Source: Alphaproteobacteria bacterium (GTDB taxonomy: Bacteria; Pseudomonadota; Alphaproteobacteria; Rhizobiales; TMED25). From it: a DNA stretch of 35,944 bases. Below, piece by piece: positions 9,795 through 19,380 of the stretch. How positions within the stretch are numbered: the stretch's first letter is position 1; each line of letters begins with the position of its first letter. Under the pieces are notes generated by a model. It worked only from the letters and a program-made list of their open reading frames with translations. It was not told where the DNA came from and made no database searches. The stretch covers positions 1 to 35,944 of the forward strand of contig CAUZRD010000002.1 of assembly GCA_963582255.1 (NCBI GenBank). The letters are read 5' to 3'. The position numbers and the translations under genes are program-made.

Positions 9795-10592
9795 GTGAGC
9801 CAGGAAGATATTGAATCAACTCGCGCGCCGTTGGTAACCCATTTAATCGAACTGAGGTCTCGTTTGATCCGGACACTTGCGGTGCTGGGCGTTGCCTTTG
9901 TAATATGCTTTTTATTCGCCGGCGATATTTTCAATATTCTACTGGGTCCCTATGAGTACGCCGTTGGTGATAACTCAAAAGTTGAACTCATATATACTGC
10001 GCCGCAGGAATTTTTATTCACGCAGATAAAAGTTGGCTTATTTGGCGCTATTTTTATAGCCTTTCCAGTGATCGCTATTGAGCTCTACCGGTTTATTGCT
10101 CCGGGGCTCTACCGCGATGAGCGGCACGCGTTTCTGCCTTATCTGGCGGCGACCCCGATATTATTTCTTCTTGGCGCTACGCTGGTTTATTTTGTTATCA
10201 TGCCGCTTGCCATGGGTTTTTTTCTCAGCATGGAGCAATCGGGTAGCGAGGGGGTCGCGTCTATTCAGTTGGTTCCACGCGTTAGTGAGTATCTTGGACT
10301 GATCATGACGCTCATTTTAGCATTTGGAATATGTTTTCAGCTTCCCGTCATACTCACTCTTCTAGCGCGTATTGGTGTGGTCGATGCCGCCGGGCTGCGG
10401 GCCAAACGAAAATATGCGATAATTGGAGTTTTCGCTGTCGCAGCATTTTTAACGCCACCCGACCTCATCAGTCAGATTGGTCTCGCATTGCCAACACTCT
10501 TCCTTTACGAACTTGCCATATTTTCCGTACAGATTGTTGAACGTCGCCGTGCCAAAGAAGGGGTCGCTGACGAAGCTAGCAAGGGTGAATAG
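9795..10592 (+). CDS. tatC: Sec-independent translocase protein TatC
   Basis: 265 aa and polytopic. APLVTHLIELRSRLI, the six-TM pattern and LTPPDLISQ are TatC motifs. GTG start. Confidence 0.9.
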   Translation: MSQEDIESTRAPLVTHLIELRSRLIRTLAVLGVAFVICFLFAGDIFNILLGPYEYAVGDNSKVELIYTAPQEFLFTQIKVGLFGAIFIAFPVIAIELYRFIAPGLYRDERHAFLPYLAATPILFLLGATLVYFVIMPLAMGFFLSMEQSGSEGVASIQLVPRVSEYLGLIMTLILAFGICFQLPVILTLLARIGVVDAAGLRAKRKYAIIGVFAVAAFLTPPDLISQIGLALPTLFLYELAIFSVQIVERRRAKEGVADEASKGE

Positions 10593-10743
10593 CCTAATAA
10601 TTGGCGCGTTTGATATCTTCTCTTGCTGCTGGACGCGGGCCTGTCTTGGACCTATAGACCATCATGTTTATTGTATTCCTCGATTGTAAGGTCGCCATAA
10701 AATATTCTGCGACCGAAAAGTTGCTACACAAAGATTTACCGAT

Positions 10744-12150
10744 ATGCACGACATCCGCTGGATCCGCGAAAACCCGACGTTGTTTGATGAGGCGCTGAAA
10801 AAACGTGGTGCTAAGGAACAAAGCTGCAAGTTGCTTGTGCTCGATGAGCGTCGCCGTGCTGTATTAACTGCCCTTCAGGATCTGCAGTCGCGACGTAACG
10901 ATGTGTCTAAAAAGATTGGCCAAGCTAAAGCCTCGGGAGATGAGGAGCTTGCGCAAACGCTAATTGATGAAGTTGCCGGACTGAGAGATAAAGTTCAGAA
11001 GGGTGAAGATGATGTGCGAAGTTTGCATCGTGAGCTTGAAAAATTGCTTGCTAGGATAGCAAATCTTCCTGCCGAAGATGTGCCGGTTGGAGTGGATGAA
11101 GCTTATAATATCGAGCGAAAGGATCACCGCTTCGGAAAGCAGCGTCTATTCAACTTTAAACCAAAACAGCATTTTGAGTTGGGTGAAGCCGGACGCTTGA
11201 TGGATTTTGAAGCAGCTGCCAAATTATCCGGTGCGCGCTTTGTGGTTCTCCGCGGTGCGATGGCTCGGCTCGAGCGCGCGATCGCGCAGTTTATGCTCAA
11301 TCTGCAAATCGGTAAAAACGGCTACACTGAAATAAGTCCTCCTCTTATGGTTCGAGATGATGTGATGACTGGCACCGGTCAATTGCCAAAATTTGAGGAA
11401 GATTTGTTTGCTGCCTATACTATGCCAAATCTCCATGGCATGGTTGGTAGCGTGATCTCGGCTAGTTCGACTGATTTGGGGGCAGGCGGTACTGTGCAAG
11501 GCGAAGTCGCCGGTGATCGGCATTGGTTGATCCCGACCGCCGAGGTTCCGCTCACAAATCTAGTGCGTGAGAGTATTCTTGATCAAGATCAGCTGCCGAT
11601 GCGGCTGGTCGCCCTCACTCCATGTTTTCGCGCCGAAGCCGGTGCAGCTGGACGTGATACCAGAGGAATGATCAGGCAGCACCAGTTCTCAAAGGTCGAA
11701 CTGGTGTCGATTGTCACGCCCGACCAGTCAGCTAATGAGCATGAGCGGATGTTGAGTTGTGCTGAAGATGTCCTCAAGTCCCTCGATCTTCCATTTCGAG
11801 TGATGACGCTTTCAACTGGAGATATGGGTTTTTCTGCCACCAAGACCTACGACATTGAAGTTTGGCTGCCAGGGCAGAATGCCTACCGAGAGATTTCCAG
11901 TTGTTCCAATTGCGGTGCATTCCAGGCCCGGCGCATGAATGCCCGTTACCGCCCGACTAGTGAAAAACAGGTTCGCCACGTCCATACGCTCAATGGTTCT
12001 GGCCTCGCGGTCGGGCGTACATTGGTTGCCGTGTTGGAAAACTATCAGAACGCGGATGGCTCTGTGGTAATCCCGTCGGCTCTTCTGCCCTATATGGATA
12101 ATATCACCAAAATCGATTCTATTGATGCGCGGGAAGGTGTTGCGTTATGA
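10744..12150 (+). CDS. serS: Serine--tRNA ligase
   Basis: N-terminal coiled-coil arm, [39 protein letters not shown] and [12 protein letters not shown] (class II motifs). At 468 aa it is longer than the usual ~425-430 aa. Confidence 0.95.
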   Translation: MHDIRWIRENPTLFDEALKKRGAKEQSCKLLVLDERRRAVLTALQDLQSRRNDVSKKIGQAKASGDEELAQTLIDEVAGLRDKVQKGEDDVRSLHRELEKLLARIANLPAEDVPVGVDEAYNIERKDHRFGKQRLFNFKPKQHFELGEAGRLMDFEAAAKLSGARFVVLRGAMARLERAIAQFMLNLQIGKNGYTEISPPLMVRDDVMTGTGQLPKFEEDLFAAYTMPNLHGMVGSVISASSTDLGAGGTVQGEVAGDRHWLIPTAEVPLTNLVRESILDQDQLPMRLVALTPCFRAEAGAAGRDTRGMIRQHQFSKVELVSIVTPDQSANEHERMLSCAEDVLKSLDLPFRVMTLSTGDMGFSATKTYDIEVWLPGQNAYREISSCSNCGAFQARRMNARYRPTSEKQVRHVHTLNGSGLAVGRTLVAVLENYQNADGSVVIPSALLPYMDNITKIDSIDAREGVAL

Positions 12151-12938
12151 AAATAGGACGGATTCTCGTTACTAATGATGATGGAATTAATGCACCAGGG
12201 CTTGATATTCTCGAAGAGGTTGCTCATTCCTTGTCCGACGATGTTTGGGTTGTGGCGCCGGAAAGCGAGCAAAGCGGCACATCTCATTCACTTACTTTGT
12301 CTGAGCCTTTGAGGTCTCGAAAGATTTCTAACCAGCGTTTTGCGGTGCGTGGAACCCCAACTGATTGCGTGATGATGGGAGTGTGCCTGCTTGTTGAAGG
12401 TAGCCGGCCAGATCTTGTCCTCTCCGGCATCAATCGCGGGCAGAATCTCGCTGACGACGTTGGTTATTCCGGCACGGTCGCAGGCGCTATGGAAGGTACG
12501 GCACGTGGGATAACCTCAATTGCTCTTAGTCAAGCGTTCAATATTCATAATCCGGGAAAACCTGCATTTGATACCGCTCGCAACAATGCCCGTTGGGTCA
12601 TAATTAATTTGCTTTTGGCTAGCCCGCATCCACACGGGGTATTCTTTAACGTGAATTTTCCAGACTTGCCAGATCGAGAAGATCTTGAGATTGAGGTCAC
12701 CAAACAGGGGAGGCGTGATCAATCAGCTAATATCATTGAAGAGCGCAAGGATCCGCGCGGCATCAATTATTATTGGCTTGGCTTTCGCCGTGAAAAGCAA
12801 GAAGCGCCTGTTGGCTCTGATTTACGCTCAGTATTTGATGGTAAAATATCGGTAACACCTCTTCATCTCGATTACACTCATGAGGCGAGCCGGCACGACT
12901 TGGCAGCATCTCTCACAAAGACCCAGCGCAGCAGATAA
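12147..12938 (+). CDS. surE: 5'/3'-nucleotidase SurE
   Basis: [21 protein letters not shown] and [25 protein letters not shown] are SurE signatures. The ATGA overlaps the serS stop. Confidence 0.93.
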   Translation: MKIGRILVTNDDGINAPGLDILEEVAHSLSDDVWVVAPESEQSGTSHSLTLSEPLRSRKISNQRFAVRGTPTDCVMMGVCLLVEGSRPDLVLSGINRGQNLADDVGYSGTVAGAMEGTARGITSIALSQAFNIHNPGKPAFDTARNNARWVIINLLLASPHPHGVFFNVNFPDLPDREDLEIEVTKQGRRDQSANIIEERKDPRGINYYWLGFRREKQEAPVGSDLRSVFDGKISVTPLHLDYTHEASRHDLAASLTKTQRSR

Positions 12939-12982
12939 TCACTACAAGTGATAACGTCAAGATCGATGGTGAAGGTAGCTCC

Positions 12983-13102
12983 GACGTCCGTCCACTCGAG
13001 CTGATGATGTATCTTCGTAACGCCGGAATTCACGATACCCATGTTCTGGTGGTGCTAGAGCGTGTTCCGCGCAAACTGTTTGTTCAGGACACTCCTGTTT
13101 AG
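12983..13102 (+). pseudogene. pcm: Relic of protein-L-isoaspartate O-methyltransferase (N-terminal ~32-40 codons only)
   Basis: Hand translation gives ...DVRPLELMMYLRNAGIHDTHVLVVLERVPRKLFVQDTPV, then TAG at 13100-13102. This matches the Pcm N-terminal pattern (L.x.G-I-x-D-x-x-V-L-x-x-x-x-x-V-P-R-x-x-F-V). No methyltransferase domain follows. It sits in the canonical surE-pcm-nlpD slot. Confidence 0.65.
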
Positions 13103-13206
13103 CCAAAGATCAACGGATTGCTATATTAGTAAGATTTTTTTATCTCAGAAACACGTTGTTAACCGCAATTGAGGTCTACTGCGTTCAGGTAGCGAAGGTA
13201 TGAATC

Positions 13207-14358
13207 ATGCGTAACTCTATTGCTTCCGCCAAAATCCGATCTGTAAATATAGGACCCTTGGCGGTATCTTTCATTTTAGCCGGATTTCTTGCCGGGTGCT
13301 CGACTGATGTTCAGCGCTTCGGCCATACGGGAAGTTTAGGCTCAACTGCTGCGGAGATCGCAGCGCCTGTAGTAGAGGTTGAGCGCGCGTTGTTGGGAGT
13401 GGCAGGACTTGCAGAGGAACCTGCTGGGGTAAATGAAGGCTCGGCCTATATGGGGGCCTCGTTAGCAGAGGCATCTGTCACGCCGGGAGCAGGCCGATTG
13501 GTTGAGGTGGAGCCTGGTGACACTGCATTTTCGATTGCGCGACGCAACGGAGTCTCAGTCGCCGTGCTGGTGGAAGCTAATGATTTGTCAGCCCCTTATG
13601 CAATCCTTATTGGTCAGAAAATAATAATACCGGGTGAGGAATTGGCTAGAACACCTGTGAGCGCACCAAAGAGTGTTCCCGCGCGAGGTGGAACCGCACA
13701 CACCGTCTCAACTGGTGATACATTGTTTAATATATCACAGCGCTATGGCATTGATGTCAAAAACCTCTCCGAGACCAATAATCTCGACGTTAGCGGTACT
13801 ATTAGGATTGGTCAGATTCTACGCTTGCCTGGAGATAGAACCCAGAGTGCTACCGGTGGACCATTGAATAGAGTGCTGAAATCACGTGTGGTTGAGGAAA
13901 GCGAAGCTGTAAGTAAGCGGCAAGTTGCGGCACTAACGCCGCCGGTTGAGGCGCTGGCAACGCCGGTTGAGATCACACAAAGTAAATTCCGCTGGCCGGC
14001 GAAAGGTCGCGTTGTGTCTCCCTATGGTGAGGCTGATAATGGCCAGCAAAATGACGGCATTAATATCTCCGTTCCTGAAGGTACGTCGGTGAAGGCCGCT
14101 GAGGGCGGGGTTGTAGCCTATGCCGGCAGCGAGCTGAAACGTTATGGGAATCTGGTGTTGATCAAGCATGACAACGATTTTGTTACGGCCTATGCCCACA
14201 ATAGCGCACTGCTTGTAACCCGTGGCGACAATGTCATGCGTGGACAGGTTATAGCCAAGGCTGGACAAAGTGGTTCTGTCAAAAAGCCTCAGATCCATTT
14301 TGAGGTGCGCCAAGGCTCAAAAGCTGTTGATCCGATGCCTTTTCTTGAAGGGGCCTGA
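13207..14358 (+). CDS. nlpD: LysM-domain M23 metallopeptidase lipoprotein (NlpD-like)
   Basis: Lipobox LAGFLAGCS and two LysM repeats (VEPGDTAFSIARRNGVSV..., VSTGDTLFNISQRYGIDV...). The C-terminal M23 domain shows GINISVPEGTSV, GNLVLIKHDNDFVTAYAHN and HFEVR. Confidence 0.9.
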   Translation: MRNSIASAKIRSVNIGPLAVSFILAGFLAGCSTDVQRFGHTGSLGSTAAEIAAPVVEVERALLGVAGLAEEPAGVNEGSAYMGASLAEASVTPGAGRLVEVEPGDTAFSIARRNGVSVAVLVEANDLSAPYAILIGQKIIIPGEELARTPVSAPKSVPARGGTAHTVSTGDTLFNISQRYGIDVKNLSETNNLDVSGTIRIGQILRLPGDRTQSATGGPLNRVLKSRVVEESEAVSKRQVAALTPPVEALATPVEITQSKFRWPAKGRVVSPYGEADNGQQNDGINISVPEGTSVKAAEGGVVAYAGSELKRYGNLVLIKHDNDFVTAYAHNSALLVTRGDNVMRGQVIAKAGQSGSVKKPQIHFEVRQGSKAVDPMPFLEGA

Positions 14359-14441
14359 CTCAGGCGTTAGCTTTGTTAGTCTATATAAGCATTTTATTTG
14401 ACTAGGAATTTACTGGTTGCGGGCGGGTTACCTGCGGTGCT

Positions 14442-14466
14442 TAGTGCGGCCTGCACTATTTCTGTC
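14442..14466 (+). terminator. Weak candidate intrinsic terminator between the convergent nlpD-like and DUF815 genes
   Basis: TAGTGC-GGCCT-GCACTA hairpin (6 bp) at 14442-14458, followed by TTTCTGT. The stem is short and the T-tract poor. Confidence 0.25.
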
Positions 14467-14484
14467 GACAGGTGTTTGGCTGCC

Positions 14485-15354
14485 TTATGCCAAGGGTACG
14501 CTTAACCGGCCGGCAAGATCTTGAATGAACTGCCAGGCAACACGCCCCGAGCGCGCACCGCGTGTGGTTGCCCATTCAAGGGCGTCACCTCGCAATGTTT
14601 CCTCATCTACTTTTAGCGCGTAGTGATAGACATATGTGCGCACCATCTCTAGATAATCTGCCTGTGAACAATTGTGAAAGCCAATCCACAATCCAAACCG
14701 ATCGGATAGAGAAACTTTTTCTTCTACCGCCTCAGACGGATTGATCGCGGTTGAGCGTTCGTTTTCCATCATGTCACGTGGCATCAGATGTCGCCGGTTC
14801 GACGTTGCGTAAAAGACAACATTTCCTGGCCTCCCTTCGATCCCACCCTCCAGAACTGCCTTCAGAGATTTGTATGTCGCATCTCCTCCGTCGAAAGAAA
14901 GATCATCGCAAAATACGATAAATTGGAGTTTCGGAGCTTCCCGAGTAAGCCCCATTAGATAGGGTAGGGAATCGATATCTTCGCGGTGAATCTCAATCAG
15001 CTTGAGCGTAGTACCAGATTGGATTGAGGCTTCATGATGTACAGCCTTGACAAGAGAACTCTTACCCATACCGCGCGATCCCCATAGCAGGGCGTTGTTG
15101 GCCGGTAGGCCTTTTGCAAATCGAATCGTATTTTCCAGTAGAAGATCTCGGTTGCGTTCGATACCACGTAAAAGTGATATTTCAAGGCGGTTGACCTGTG
15201 TCACCGGGGTTATCGTGACGGGGTCGGTATTCCATACGAATGCTTCCGCCTCAGACCAGTCGGGCTTTAGCTGTGTCTGCGGCGCCAGCCTTCCCAAGGC
15301 GAATTTGATCTCGGCAATTTCGTTGATCAGTAGTTGTGCCAGTCGATCGTCCAC
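14485..15354 (-). CDS. DUF815-family AAA-type ATPase
   Basis: 289 aa with Walker A GSRGMGKSSLVKA and Walker B-like FIVFCDDLSF. It has the conserved alphaproteobacterial position, divergent from yajC-secDF. Confidence 0.8.
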   Translation of the reverse strand: MDDRLAQLLINEIAEIKFALGRLAPQTQLKPDWSEAEAFVWNTDPVTITPVTQVNRLEISLLRGIERNRDLLLENTIRFAKGLPANNALLWGSRGMGKSSLVKAVHHEASIQSGTTLKLIEIHREDIDSLPYLMGLTREAPKLQFIVFCDDLSFDGGDATYKSLKAVLEGGIEGRPGNVVFYATSNRRHLMPRDMMENERSTAINPSEAVEEKVSLSDRFGLWIGFHNCSQADYLEMVRTYVYHYALKVDEETLRGDALEWATTRGARSGRVAWQFIQDLAGRLSVPLA

Positions 15355-15578
15355 TTTCGTCCTCGATTCTAGTTCAATTGTAAATTAGTAGTATACTCGT
15401 CAATTGCCTATAGCATGATCATAATTAGCCGGAGCAGGCGCTCTCGCCAAGGTCTAGATGGTAGTTATGTTTACGCACTTGCATTAGCTGTCTTCGATCG
15501 TATAGTCGCTGCACATTGCAAGCGCTGGCGCACAATGCTACCGGCTAGTGTGTACTATGTATTCATACGGAGCTTTCT

Positions 15579-15914
15579 ATGATTATAACCCCAGCCTATG
15601 CTCAGGTCCCCGGTGGCGGTGGCGATATGTTCGTCCAGCTACTGCCTTTTCTTTTGATTTTCGTGATCATCTATTTTCTGATCCTTCGGCCCCAGCAAAG
15701 ACGGGTGAAAGCACACCGGGAAATGGTCTCGACCATTCGGCGCGGTGATACGATTGTGACGGCTGGTGGTCTGATCGGCAAGGTATCGAAAGTTACTGAC
15801 GAAACTGAGATTCAAATTGAGCTTTCTGAAGGTGTTCGAGTGCGCGTGGTGCGTTCGACCATCCAGGAGGTGCGGGTTAAAGGTGAGCCGGCGGCTTCTA
15901 AAGAAGTTGAATAG
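15579..15914 (+). CDS. yajC: Preprotein translocase subunit YajC
   Basis: 111 aa with one TM segment, then ILRPQQRRVKAHREM and GDTIVTAGGLIGKV (YajC motifs). It lies directly upstream of secD. Confidence 0.9.
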   Translation: MIITPAYAQVPGGGGDMFVQLLPFLLIFVIIYFLILRPQQRRVKAHREMVSTIRRGDTIVTAGGLIGKVSKVTDETEIQIELSEGVRVRVVRSTIQEVRVKGEPAASKEVE

Positions 15915-15944
15915 AATCGTTGTGAATTAGTTTAGATTGGCTCC

Positions 15945-17537
15945 ATGCTGCATTTCGCCAACTGGAAGATTGCAACGGTTCTTGCGGTATCTCTCGCTGG
16001 ATTGCTGTTCGCAATGCCAAATATGTTTTCATCCGAGATGCGTGCGCGCTTCCCGTCTTTGTTGCCTAATCAGGCTGTGAACCTAGGATTGGATCTGCGC
16101 GGTGGTTCGCACCTGCTCTTAGAGGTTGAAACCGGTGTCGTGATCAAAGAGCGGCTTGAAGCTGTGATTGATGATGTGCGCTCAAATTTACGCGAACAGC
16201 GTATTCGCTACACGGGGCTGCGTGCGGATAAGCAGGCGGTTATGGTCCGAATTACCGATCCGGAGCGCTTGGACGAAGCCATCGCGCTGTTGGAAGATCT
16301 TGCCGCGCCAGTTACCAACGGTGTCCTCGGCAGTGTGGCAACAGTAGATCTTGTGATCGAAGTGCTAGACGAAAATCTGATTTCTATCGCTTTGACTGAA
16401 TCGGCGATTGAACAGCGAATTTTATCTGCTGTAGATCAGTCAATTGAGATTGTTCGCCGTCGCATTGATGAACTTGGCACCACAGAGCCTACGATTCAGC
16501 GTCAGGGTAGCGAACGTATTTTAATTCAGGTGCCAGGATTTGATGATCCTGCACGATTGAAGACGCTGCTTGGCCAGACAGCAAAGATGAGTTTTCGATT
16601 GGTTGATGTCACAGCTCGAACCGAAGCACCGCCGGCCGGTACTGATGTGATCTATGATGAGTCAAATCCTCCGCGTGCCTATGTGCTGCGTCGGCGGGTT
16701 GTTGTTTCCGGGGAGAACTTGGTAGATGCACAACCAGGATTTGAGCAACAAACCAACGAGCCGATTGTAACCTTCCGTTTCGATGCCACAGGGGCACGTC
16801 GGTTCGGTCAGGTAACACAGGAAAATGTAGGTCGTCCTTTTGCCATCGTTCTTGACAATAAAGTGATATCAGCACCTGTGATCCGAGAAGCAATTCTCGG
16901 GGGTACTGGGCAAATCTCCGGTGGCTTTTCGGTTGAAGAGGCTAACGATCTTGCAATTTTACTACGCGCGGGTGCGTTGCCCGCACCATTAATAATCTTG
17001 GAAGAACGTACAGTTGGCCCAGGTCTTGGTGCTGATTCAATTGCCGCTGGCGAAATGGCAGCCATAATTGGCCTTCTTATCGTGATTGGATTCATGATTG
17101 TGAGTTACGGCCTGTTCGGTGTCTTTTCCGATATTGCGTTGATGATAAATATTGGCTTAATTCTAGGTATTTTGTCATTGTTGCAGGCAACCTTGACCTT
17201 GCCGGGAATTGCCGGAATTGTTCTAACCATCGGTATGGCAGTTGATGCCAATGTGCTCATTTATGAGCGTATTCGGGAGGAAGTGCGTCAGGGTAAGTCA
17301 CCCATATCGGCAATCGAAGCTGGCTATAAACGGGCTCTTGGGACAATTTTGGATGCGAATATCACAACGTTTATCGCAGCTGTAATTCTGTTCCAGATGG
17401 GATCGGGCCCGGTGCGCGGATTTGCCGTAACGCTTGCTATCGGTATTGTCACTTCGGTCTTTACCGCATTTACGGTTACCCGATTAATGGTGTCGGTATG
17501 GATCCGCCGGCGTCGTCCGGGTGCCGTGCCGCTCTAG
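15945..17537 (+). CDS. secD: Protein translocase subunit SecD
   Basis: 530 aa. LGLDLRGGSHLLLEV, a large periplasmic domain, and a C-terminal six-TM bundle with LTLPGIAGIVLTIGMAVDANVLIYERIREE. Confidence 0.95.
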   Translation: MLHFANWKIATVLAVSLAGLLFAMPNMFSSEMRARFPSLLPNQAVNLGLDLRGGSHLLLEVETGVVIKERLEAVIDDVRSNLREQRIRYTGLRADKQAVMVRITDPERLDEAIALLEDLAAPVTNGVLGSVATVDLVIEVLDENLISIALTESAIEQRILSAVDQSIEIVRRRIDELGTTEPTIQRQGSERILIQVPGFDDPARLKTLLGQTAKMSFRLVDVTARTEAPPAGTDVIYDESNPPRAYVLRRRVVVSGENLVDAQPGFEQQTNEPIVTFRFDATGARRFGQVTQENVGRPFAIVLDNKVISAPVIREAILGGTGQISGGFSVEEANDLAILLRAGALPAPLIILEERTVGPGLGADSIAAGEMAAIIGLLIVIGFMIVSYGLFGVFSDIALMINIGLILGILSLLQATLTLPGIAGIVLTIGMAVDANVLIYERIREEVRQGKSPISAIEAGYKRALGTILDANITTFIAAVILFQMGSGPVRGFAVTLAIGIVTSVFTAFTVTRLMVSVWIRRRRPGAVPL

Positions 17538-17548
17538 GAGCGTTTGTT

Positions 17549-18490
17549 ATGATGAAACCTCTTCAGCTGATCTCGCCCAACACCAAAATTCCGTTTTTGA
17601 CTTACCGCATGATTGCTTTCGTCGTATCTGGTGTTCTGATGGCCACCTCGATTGTTCTGGCGTTAGTCTTTGGCCTTAATTACGGCATCGATTTTCGTGG
17701 TGGTACGCTAATCGAGATTCAGGATAAAACAGGTCCGGCTGATATTGGGAAAATCCGTGATAAACTGAGCAACCTTGGTCTTGGTGACGTTCAGATCCAA
17801 GAATTCGGTGGGCCAAGAGATGTGTTGATCCGCATTTCACAGCAGCCCGGCGGCGATGAGGTGCAGCAACAGGTCATTACGCGCGTTAAGGAAGTGATAG
17901 GAGATACAGTAGTATATCGGCGCGTCGAAGTCGTCGGTCCCAAGGTATCTGCAGAACTTATTACTTCGGGTATCACGGCGGTAATAGCGGCAATTTTTGC
18001 CGTTCTTATCTATATCTGGTTTCGATTTGAATGGCAGTTCAGTATTGGCGCTGTCTCTGCACTGGTGCATGATGTAGTGATTACTATCGGGATGTTTTCT
18101 GCGTTGCAGCTTGAGTTTAACCTCTCGATTATCGCCGCGATTTTAACCATTGTTGGCTACTCGCTGAACGATACGGTGGTGGTATTTGATCGGGTGCGTG
18201 AGGAGTTGCGTCGTTATAAGACGATGGAGCTCTCAGCTCTCCTCAACCTTGCCATCAATCGTACCTTATCGCGTACCATTATGACGTCTGTAACCACGCT
18301 GCTTGCCCTTCTATCCCTCTACATATTTGGCGGGGAGGTAATCCGTGGCTTCACTTTTGCCATGATCTGGGGCGTAGTTATTGGAACTTATTCCTCGATC
18401 TTTATCGCATCGCCCATATTGCTTCTGTTAAAAGTGAAGCGTGACTGGTCAAGAACAGGTGCTTCTCCAGCCAACAATAGTGCGAGCTAG
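17549..18490 (+). CDS. secF: Protein translocase subunit SecF
   Basis: GIDFRGGTLIE and GYSLNDTVVVFDRVRE are SecF motifs. I chose the ATG at 17549, which lies 8 nt after AGGAG. The ORF-track start at 17498 would overlap the secD 3' end. Confidence 0.92.
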   Translation: MMKPLQLISPNTKIPFLTYRMIAFVVSGVLMATSIVLALVFGLNYGIDFRGGTLIEIQDKTGPADIGKIRDKLSNLGLGDVQIQEFGGPRDVLIRISQQPGGDEVQQQVITRVKEVIGDTVVYRRVEVVGPKVSAELITSGITAVIAAIFAVLIYIWFRFEWQFSIGAVSALVHDVVITIGMFSALQLEFNLSIIAAILTIVGYSLNDTVVVFDRVREELRRYKTMELSALLNLAINRTLSRTIMTSVTTLLALLSLYIFGGEVIRGFTFAMIWGVVIGTYSSIFIASPILLLLKVKRDWSRTGASPANNSAS

Positions 18491-18523
18491 ACGGGTTGGG
18501 ACTTATGGCAATGCCGGCAATTG

Positions 18524-19360
18524 ATGGCAAAAAATTCAGGCAAAAATAAAATTGAATCTGCCGCTTGTTGCGATGTTCTGCGGGCGCATGATCGGGACCG
18601 CCTGATTGCAAATCTGTTCGCGCCGCAGCATCATCGGTTTCATCTAAATGCCTTGTGTGCTTTTGCGGCTGAACTGACTTCCATCAGGACGAAGGTGAGC
18701 GAGCCGCTGCTGGGGGTAATGCGCCTTCAATATTGGCGCGATGTCTTGTGCTCGTACAATGAGACTATGAAAACTGGAAATCCACTGGCTGATGCTCTGC
18801 GCCAGATGCTTGGAGAGACAGAATTGACGTTCACTGTGATTGAGCAGTTGATCGATAACCATGAATCACAGCTGCATGATGATTGTCCGCTTGAGCTTTC
18901 CACCTATGAACGCCGATATGCTGAACTTGAGGGCTGGACCATCAGACAGGGTGCGCGCCTGATTCTGCCTGGGATTATTTTAGATGAGATTGCTGATTCT
19001 GCTGGTGTGGCCATAGGGATGACGAGAGCACTCACACAATATTTTCCTGGAAACGATGAAATACGTGCGTTTCCAATAGATATTCTTGCCATACATGGAG
19101 CTGATCAGCGATCCATAGGATCGAATAAGCTAGCTGCTGAAGCGGTGTTGCGAGATCTCATCTCAGCCGTGCGCTATCACCTGAATAAGGTAAGGGAGTA
19201 CGCGCGAGTGATTCCGGTTCAAGTGCTTCCGTTACTGCTACCTCTTGCGGCAGTAGAACTAGATTTACGGAATTTAGAGCGCTATGGATGGGGAGTGAGG
19301 ACCGGAAATTTGCGACGGCAACTTGCTATCTACCAGTCGGCTTGGAGAACAAATGTCTAA
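18524..19360 (+). CDS. Squalene/phytoene synthase family protein (short NDUFAF6-like type)
   Basis: ~278 aa. C..LR..DRDR...LF.P at the N-terminus and RLQYWRD are typical of the short phytoene-synthase-like proteins found in alphaproteobacteria. The family assignment is from memory of these motifs, not from a search. Confidence 0.65.
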   Translation: MAKNSGKNKIESAACCDVLRAHDRDRLIANLFAPQHHRFHLNALCAFAAELTSIRTKVSEPLLGVMRLQYWRDVLCSYNETMKTGNPLADALRQMLGETELTFTVIEQLIDNHESQLHDDCPLELSTYERRYAELEGWTIRQGARLILPGIILDEIADSAGVAIGMTRALTQYFPGNDEIRAFPIDILAIHGADQRSIGSNKLAAEAVLRDLISAVRYHLNKVREYARVIPVQVLPLLLPLAAVELDLRNLERYGWGVRTGNLRRQLAIYQSAWRTNV

Positions 19361-19380
19361 AAATAATGAGAGGGACTATC

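Noticed and set aside
9607-9798. 63-aa ORF filling the 162-nt tatB-tatC gap and ending in a GTGA overlap with the tatC start
   Set aside because: The translational-coupling geometry is tempting. However, the sequence is Cys/Trp/Arg-rich with no motif, it overlaps the tatB 3' end, and nothing supports it as coding. I left it unannotated.
17498-17548. Upstream ATG at 17498 as the secF start
   Set aside because: It would overlap the last 40 nt of secD and add a non-conserved Pro/Ala/Ser leader. The ATG at 17549 has a well-spaced AGGAG and gives the usual SecF N-terminus.
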